Origin: Patescibacteria group bacterium | GTDB taxonomy: Bacteria > Patescibacteriota > Patescibacteriia > UBA2196 | Length of the DNA stretch: 64,000 bases | Reading direction: 5' to 3' | NCBI GenBank assembly: GCA_028748975.1 | Contig: JAQTPI010000004.1 | Span: 14,734 to 78,733 of the forward strand | In this document: piece by piece, positions 59,701-64,000 of the stretch | Position numbering within the stretch: position 1 is the stretch's first letter | How the letters are laid out: each line of letters opens with the position of its first letter | Made by a program: the position numbers and the translations under genes | The notes under the pieces: model-generated | Seen by the model: only the letters and a program-made list of their open reading frames with translations | What the model was told of the DNA's origin: nothing | The model's database searches: none

Positions 59701-62700
59701 CAGATGCCACGGCTGGGAGCCAAGCAGTGGATTTCCGAAGTTATGTGGTGCCGGTGCAGGGAGCGGCCGCGCCAACCGGTTATCTGACTTTTGAATCTGC
59801 CATCAATGGCGCGACTTATGGCAATACCATGAATTTCACTTCTGGTGGAAATTTGGGCATCGGCACCACTGCGCCAACTTCCACCTTGGCAGTTTATGGA
59901 AATTTCAATGTGCAGAATGCCAGCAATGGTACTAGTAATTTATATGTTAATCCAACAAGCGGTAATGTTGGCATTGGGACGACGGGGCCGACACAAAAGT
60001 TAGATGTTAACGGTAATATGAGAGTTGGGAGCGGAATAATTTATGGCCCAGCCACGACCGAATATCTTTCTTTTGATAGCACAAATGGTTCTTACCTTGT
60101 TTCTAATGGAACTTATGTTAGAGCAGCGCCAGCTTCTGATTTAGTATTTGTTAATAATAATAACGAGAGCATGAGAATAAAACTAGGTGGTAATGTTGGT
60201 ATTGGCACTAATGCACCAACTGCTTTATTTGAAATCGCCACCACCACAAATGACTGGCCGGCCGGTGTTCGTCCTTTAATGCGAGTGGCCACGAAGACGA
60301 TCGAAGCGTTGTATGTTTCCGCGGCGGGAAATGTGGGGATTGGGACGGCGACGCCGGAGCAAAAGTTGGATGTAGCCGGTAGCACTCGTTTGAGTTCTTA
60401 TTTACAATTAAGAGATTTTGACGCTGGCAGTTGGGATGGCGTAACTCTTGGTTCAACTATTATTTCTAGAGATTATGCCACGGTGTTTTGGAACGGCGGA
60501 GTGATAGTTGGTGGATATGCCAACGACGCCACACCAGCCGCTTACAGCGCTGGTGGCGCGTTTTTGTCGCAAGGCCCGACCGCTTTGGCCGTGAATTCTG
60601 GCAATGTCGGTATTGGAATAACAAACCCGGTCGGGCAATTTCAAGTTTCCACCACCACCATGTTTGCTTCAGCTTCTGGCACAGAACCGAGAGTGGGTAT
60701 TGGCACTTCCGCGCCTTCTGTGCCTTTGCATGTTTCTAAAACAGGGCTGGCAGCCGATGGCAATAATTGGGTTGGTTATTTTTTAACTCCAAATGTTGTC
60801 ACTGATGCCCACACAGTAAATCTTTTGCTTGGAAAGACAACTGCCACCGGAGCTTCCGCAGCTTTAAGTTACAAGTATGACACAACTTCCGGCGATGAGG
60901 GTTTTGGCATCGCTTTGTATGGCGACGCTTTAGGCAGCGGTTTTTTCCAAAGAAAGGGCGGCAATGTGGGAATTGGGACATTAACACCGGGCGCAGAATT
61001 AGTAGTGGTTTCCGATACTTACGGAGCGCCCAAATTTATGGTTTCCTCATCAACCACTGTAACCACGCCGAGTTTGTATGTGGCCAATACCGGCAACGTC
61101 GGCATCGGAAATACCAACCCAACCCAAAAATTAGAGGTGACCGGCAATCTTATGATTCCAAATGGAAACGCTTATTATTCTAAAGATAGTTCGGGAAACG
61201 CTATACCATTAATTCAGTTAAATGGTTCTAATAATTTGCGCATGCTGGCTGGCTACAATACCCAAATAGAAATTTATAATACCGCGCAGACTTACGCTTT
61301 GATGGCAATAAAAAATAACGGCAATGTCGGCATTGGTACCACTAATCCGACTGCCTTATTCGAAGTTTCTACCACGACCGCGCATTCCACCATTTCTAAT
61401 CGACCAATGATGCGGGTAGCCACGGGTACGACAGAAGCATTTTTTGTTGATAGATTTGGCAATGTGGGGATTGGACAGATTAACCCGCAATACAAACTTG
61501 ATGTCGCTGGCAATTTGAATTTGAACGCCACTTCCACCATTTACATGAACTCGTTGCCGGCGTTTAACGCTTCTTCTACCAGTCTTTCTGTCTCGGCTGG
61601 CACGCAGGCGGGCAATGCTTTGCTTGATAGCGGAATACGTAATGTTTTTGTGGGCTATCAGGCCGGCTATTCGGCGACCACTTCTGATTATAATGTTGGC
61701 GTCGGTTATTTGGCATTAAAGAATACCAACAGATCTGGCGGTGGCGACCAAGGCGGCGACAGAAATGTGGCCGTGGGGGATACTTCCATGGATGCCAACA
61801 CTTATGGCGGATATAACACAGCGGTGGGTTTTGATTCTTTAGGCGCTCTTATAAGCGGTAATCAGAATACGGTGGTTGGCAATTCCGCGTTGTATCAAAA
61901 TACCACTGGTTCTCTTAATGTCGCCATGGGTTATGTGGCTGGTTATCTAAACAAAGGCACTGGCAATGTTTTTTTGGGCACAGGCAGTGGCACGACCGAA
62001 CAGTTTGATACTTCAAACTATTCAGTGGCCATTGGCTATTACGCCAAAACTTTTGGCAGTAATCAGCTTTCCATTGATAATGCTTCCACCACCGCGCCAT
62101 TGATTTTTGGTGATTTTTCCACGCGCCGAGTTGGCTTAGGCACGACCGCGCCAGTGGCGATGTTTGAAATTTCAACTACGACTGATTGGGTGGCGGGAGT
62201 TATGCCTTTGATGCGCGTGGCAACTAAAACCACCGAAGCTTTCTATATCGCGGCGACTGGCAATGTAGGAGTGGGGACGACCGCGCCTGATGCCAAACTT
62301 TCAATCTTGAATGGCTCAGGATATCTTTTGTCTTCCAAAGACACGGCCGGTACCACTCGTTTTGCTATTAATGCTTTGCATTCTAATCCTTATTACTATG
62401 ACATAGCGTCCACTAATTATGATTTGCGAATATCTTCTTATTTGACTGGCGGCACTGGCGGCAATATCCAGTTTCAAACCAACAGCGTGGCAGGCGCGGT
62501 AGAGAGAATGCGCATTAATCCATATGGTAATGTCGGTATCGCTACCACCAACCCGACTGCGTTTTTGGAAATTTCTACCACGACAACCGACTGGGTTGCG
62601 GGCGTGCGTCCTTTGATGCGCGTGGCCACGAAGACGACGGAGGCGCTGTATGTTTCCACGGCGGGGAATTTGGGAATAGGATCAACAAACCCATCTTTCA

Positions 62701-64000
62701 AGACCGAAATTATTCATAATTCAAGCGGAACAAGTTTTGCAGGGGCGGTTGCAGATTTTGGTTTGGGTCTAATTAATATAAACGGCGCTGCTAATACTTG
62801 GAGCAATATTTCATTTGCCCAAGCCGGAAGTGGTTCAGTGAAAGCGAGTATTGGAACGCAATTTCCAACAAACAATGCCGATGTGGTAATTGGAACATGG
62901 AATTCCGGGGCTGGACTAACAGAGAAAATGAGAATTACTGGTCTTGGCAACGTCGGCATCGGGACAACTGCACCGACTTCTACTTTGCAAACCATCGGCA
63001 ATTTTTCCATTGCCACCACTTCGGCTCTCGGCTTTACCAAACGCGAGGTTTTCAGCGTCAATGGCACGAATTCTTTTGCCACGACCAGCGTGAAAGATTA
63101 TTTTAAAGTAGTGCAGGATAATGAGGCAACCAGTTTTGGTGTGGAAAAGAGCGGTTATGTTGGAATCAACACCACAAATTATGGGGTGGGTTATCAGAGA
63201 TTAGAAGTTAATGGCGGCGCGGCTTTGCGCGCCGGCGGGTATTTATATTTGCAGACAAGCGATGCCCAATCATCTTTCGGCATTGTTAATTTGGGTAGTG
63301 GCGGTTCGGACAAAGCAATTTTTACAGGCAATAATTTAACAATGGGCGTTGGCCAAATTGCGCCGACAGCCATGATCCATGCTTCCACCACTGATGAAGC
63401 CACGGTGGGCATGAGAATTAATTTATCCGGCACGGCGCCGACGGCCAATGCTTTTGACATTCAAAGCCAGGCGGGCGCGATTTTGACTGCTTTTACGGCG
63501 AGCGGTGGATTAATCATGAATGTGGCTTCTTCCACCGTGCTTAATGTTCAGGATGGCTCGGGCAATAAAGTTTTTGTGGTTGATTCGGATGCTTCCCCGG
63601 CCATTTTGATTTATGAAGACGCTGGCGTGAAAAATATTTCTATTTCTCATGATGGCACTAACGCGGTCATCGTGGCTTCTTCCGGTGAAATTCAAATCGG
63701 CACGGCGGGCAACGATGTTTATGTCGGCACCGCGGGCACGGCTTCCAATTTGGTGTTTGAAGAATCTTCCAGCATTTTGGGCCAGGGCGGCAACACTATT
63801 ACTTTAGGACAGTCCGGCGATCATTTTAATTTGGCAGTGACCGGCGTAAATTATTGGTTTAAAAATATTGTTTCCACTTCCACTAATTTATATTTATACG
63901 CATCGTCTACCAGCGAAAGCGTAATTGTGATGGAGAATCCGGCGGATAATAAAAATTTGCGCGTCTTTATTGAAGGCGCCATCACTACGGGCTCTTCCAC
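53742..64000 (+). CDS. 3'-truncated giant HTH-TM-collagen-fibre protein (>3400 aa), paralog of 45306-51938
   Basis: ATG 53742 MLRRQNYHAQK...ISLSEAAKLCTYSQEYLSLLARRGELKAQKIGRNW; the same frame reads sensibly at the window end (NLRVFIEGAITTGSS); absent from the ORF track, consistent with no stop in the window. Confidence 0.85.
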   Translation, partial: MLRRQNYHAQKTENHAQEKSRGFISLSEAAKLCTYSQEYLSLLARRGELKAQKIGRNWFTKTDWLKKYIEDHPADLNGNIKGRLLEEEKLKKIIHKKRFKNLNVLGEVGATTRVMKKKMAGARTKVLLATMLMVLLVGVVLIKPNYVKDFATMEIKLAQIGTNEFKRIFWNENAAKFEAPEQETAKQTMEKIGGKKIVAGAKISEVWKNLISQFNQVKNLNLSIAKNFDKAEQEIYLAHYNWQKTGERIFSWLEKKNFAINLGDFKMFGKSGEIRDWGIVGAMKKILASANKIVGEAGGSATELASNIGDKIGEWLSSFQKTEWDSRLLIQLAKRKSETTQIVYEGDWINQIGQGEAGQAGASGKPGATGATGKIGSQGPRGEKGEKGETGPQGLQGLQGLQGIAGPAGASGGTSITNVYNVGVPGTTAHDGAGSSFAAKYIGAGELSVSGNTSLNGSLTVQGGTSFNSAVNIAGILNGGNAVFSGVTMNTLNATTTNIDFARIVDGRITTLNATTTNIDTLQVFGNATTTGVQSIVGQLKVATSTLDEYYKFGVGGPVYIAGSLYHEGNATTTGTGVFSNSLAVATTTHPYTLNIGGTGYFSDGLMIGGYATTSNLTVQGNATTTGSHYIGGDLTVARASAFLSGASFNSITTTDTAYFGGNLTVVGATDLQDNVFDSLGDFTIADNLMVSGNATTTGSHYIGGDLTVARASAFLSGASFNSITTTDTAYISGRSFLMGNVGIGTTAPTSTLAVYGNFNVQNASNGTSNLYVNSTSGNIGIGTTGPLQKLDVNGNLAFGGSRAFGLFGTILDFGRGSSYFTGFNLGVGASSGLFINSNGNVGIGMTNPVYKLEVNGTASTSALYVGTNATTTGVAYVGLALAVATTTSDDFSFQIGAKPSIFQHGVSILGYATTSNLTVQGNATTTGTQYFGGDINMAGAMNQAGGSAALATTTVVGSFTVQDADGNSRFLVNNLTGKVGIGTSGPDGSLEVLNADSAQLRLSQANEVFYADFQVDNTGDLLLNMSDNTGQGQLILANEDTIAIGGVAGQIYNAIANDATSMGHGLNTDTDLYIGGKLEVDDNVFFDGNVTIAGDQTVVGTTAYESNVDMQNNLILNVGHANTDFTTGGGLNLAGDLAVNSGNLTSSGNLTLNPTGTLNLGGANTTVISTPNTVATYNVNGTGLTAVNIAVANVNPAILNFGTSAAGNDINIGGSTATVDLENGTVYVIGGNIGINTTAPTSTLQTIGNFSIATTSALGFNKREVFSVNSTNHFATTTVKDYFQVVQANEATSLFVDKGGNVGIGTTAPNNILDVNGTANIPIIRPGSVTSYVGGVINLSTLSLSDTAAAEASLNWRTGTWTTYRQNMTITPYGAYDEGGAGKISFIGNVGIATTNPTAFLEISTTTNDWVGADRARPLMRVATKTTEAFYIAASGNVGVGTTNPLGLLQVGDNNATLGNKYALFSNNVGGNNPSSVVGLAIGWNKSNGQGESNIIFNTTGGGTAPGLAIGDFNGATYKEDMRIDQNGNVGIATTNPTAFLEISTTTNDWIGADRARPLMRVATKTTEAFYIAASGAVGIGTTDPSWTGFDVNKSGFYFHNGATAFIYNNGVNTGFNSGTTPGSKVSIAGNLSVGSTFYSVAAPTNGAIIEGNVGVGTTAPSALLHASSTTEQLRLSNGNVASTNFTSFKVLSAGDLIIDPQGTATSTVIGSNLQVEGNASTTGALYVGGHFNVVGIAAFTGGASFNSITTTDTAYIGGKSYFGGNVGIGATAPLAKLDVRGDVYIGAGAEIYTNGGYESGGVTTVSTLQNNMYVWQGGTGNVTPSVETTIVHTGTNSQKIVVTDDGTSLSDVRAATASSNYNAVVGDVFTYSFWVYSSVAITNAQVAFASIGQSGWGTAVSFSVPTINTWTKISGMVTCNATVANNGTNIQAKIGDTLSGGTGTVYFDDFSIYRTGLALVNANAAVAGGQQNSPVVRWSGYGWKTDATAGSQAVDFRSYVVPVQGAAAPTGYLTFESAINGATYGNTMNFTSGGNLGIGTTAPTSTLAVYGNFNVQNASNGTSNLYVNPTSGNVGIGTTGPTQKLDVNGNMRVGSGIIYGPATTEYLSFDSTNGSYLVSNGTYVRAAPASDLVFVNNNNESMRIKLGGNVGIGTNAPTALFEIATTTNDWPAGVRPLMRVATKTIEALYVSAAGNVGIGTATPEQKLDVAGSTRLSSYLQLRDFDAGSWDGVTLGSTIISRDYATVFWNGGVIVGGYANDATPAAYSAGGAFLSQGPTALAVNSGNVGIGITNPVGQFQVSTTTMFASASGTEPRVGIGTSAPSVPLHVSKTGLAADGNNWVGYFLTPNVVTDAHTVNLLLGKTTATGASAALSYKYDTTSGDEGFGIALYGDALGSGFFQRKGGNVGIGTLTPGAELVVVSDTYGAPKFMVSSSTTVTTPSLYVANTGNVGIGNTNPTQKLEVTGNLMIPNGNAYYSKDSSGNAIPLIQLNGSNNLRMLAGYNTQIEIYNTAQTYALMAIKNNGNVGIGTTNPTALFEVSTTTAHSTISNRPMMRVATGTTEAFFVDRFGNVGIGQINPQYKLDVAGNLNLNATSTIYMNSLPAFNASSTSLSVSAGTQAGNALLDSGIRNVFVGYQAGYSATTSDYNVGVGYLALKNTNRSGGGDQGGDRNVAVGDTSMDANTYGGYNTAVGFDSLGALISGNQNTVVGNSALYQNTTGSLNVAMGYVAGYLNKGTGNVFLGTGSGTTEQFDTSNYSVAIGYYAKTFGSNQLSIDNASTTAPLIFGDFSTRRVGLGTTAPVAMFEISTTTDWVAGVMPLMRVATKTTEAFYIAATGNVGVGTTAPDAKLSILNGSGYLLSSKDTAGTTRFAINALHSNPYYYDIASTNYDLRISSYLTGGTGGNIQFQTNSVAGAVERMRINPYGNVGIATTNPTAFLEISTTTTDWVAGVRPLMRVATKTTEALYVSTAGNLGIGSTNPSFKTEIIHNSSGTSFAGAVADFGLGLININGAANTWSNISFAQAGSGSVKASIGTQFPTNNADVVIGTWNSGAGLTEKMRITGLGNVGIGTTAPTSTLQTIGNFSIATTSALGFTKREVFSVNGTNSFATTSVKDYFKVVQDNEATSFGVEKSGYVGINTTNYGVGYQRLEVNGGAALRAGGYLYLQTSDAQSSFGIVNLGSGGSDKAIFTGNNLTMGVGQIAPTAMIHASTTDEATVGMRINLSGTAPTANAFDIQSQAGAILTAFTASGGLIMNVASSTVLNVQDGSGNKVFVVDSDASPAILIYEDAGVKNISISHDGTNAVIVASSGEIQIGTAGNDVYVGTAGTASNLVFEESSSILGQGGNTITLGQSGDHFNLAVTGVNYWFKNIVSTSTNLYLYASSTSESVIVMENPADNKNLRVFIEGAITTGSS

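Noticed and set aside
53742-64000. Apparent 10-kb gene desert or pseudogene
   Set aside because: The start and the window end are in the same + frame and read as one protein; the listed short ORFs are antisense or off-frame shadows.

Overview
This is a low-GC bacterial chromosome segment that looks like Patescibacteria/CPR (Parcubacteria/ABY1-like). That placement is inferred from gene content, giant GNVGIGT-repeat proteins, a VirB2-type pilin and SD-less starts. Core genes are ligA, gatC/gatA, lgt, rplT-rpmI-infC, ssrA, smpB, argS, an mpl/murC-like ligase, ftsW, a MacAB-type ABC exporter, tRNA-Asp and tRNA-Cys. Highlights, most not shown by the ORF track: (1) a radical SAM/SPASM operon followed by two unannotated 46- and 42-aa peptides that share an FEILEVTA leader and carry repeated C-x-P motifs, next to two HExxH proteins (candidate new RiPP system); (2) a promoter-driven array of five tRNA genes, four with intact acceptor stems but aberrant anticodon arms, including an Ala-type body with a long insert in place of the anticodon loop; (3) several families of short repeats, some bracketing small partner genes (GIY-YIG, four-helix-bundle, PaaX/Cas2-like), many inserted in frame into essential genes; (4) a bacterial histone-fold gene; (5) two paralogous giant HTH-TM-fibre genes built from shuffled modules, sharing a structured 5' leader (the second runs off the window); (6) a duplicated promoter-leader-SD cassette in front of two unrelated genes. 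All family assignments come from motif recognition; no searches were run.
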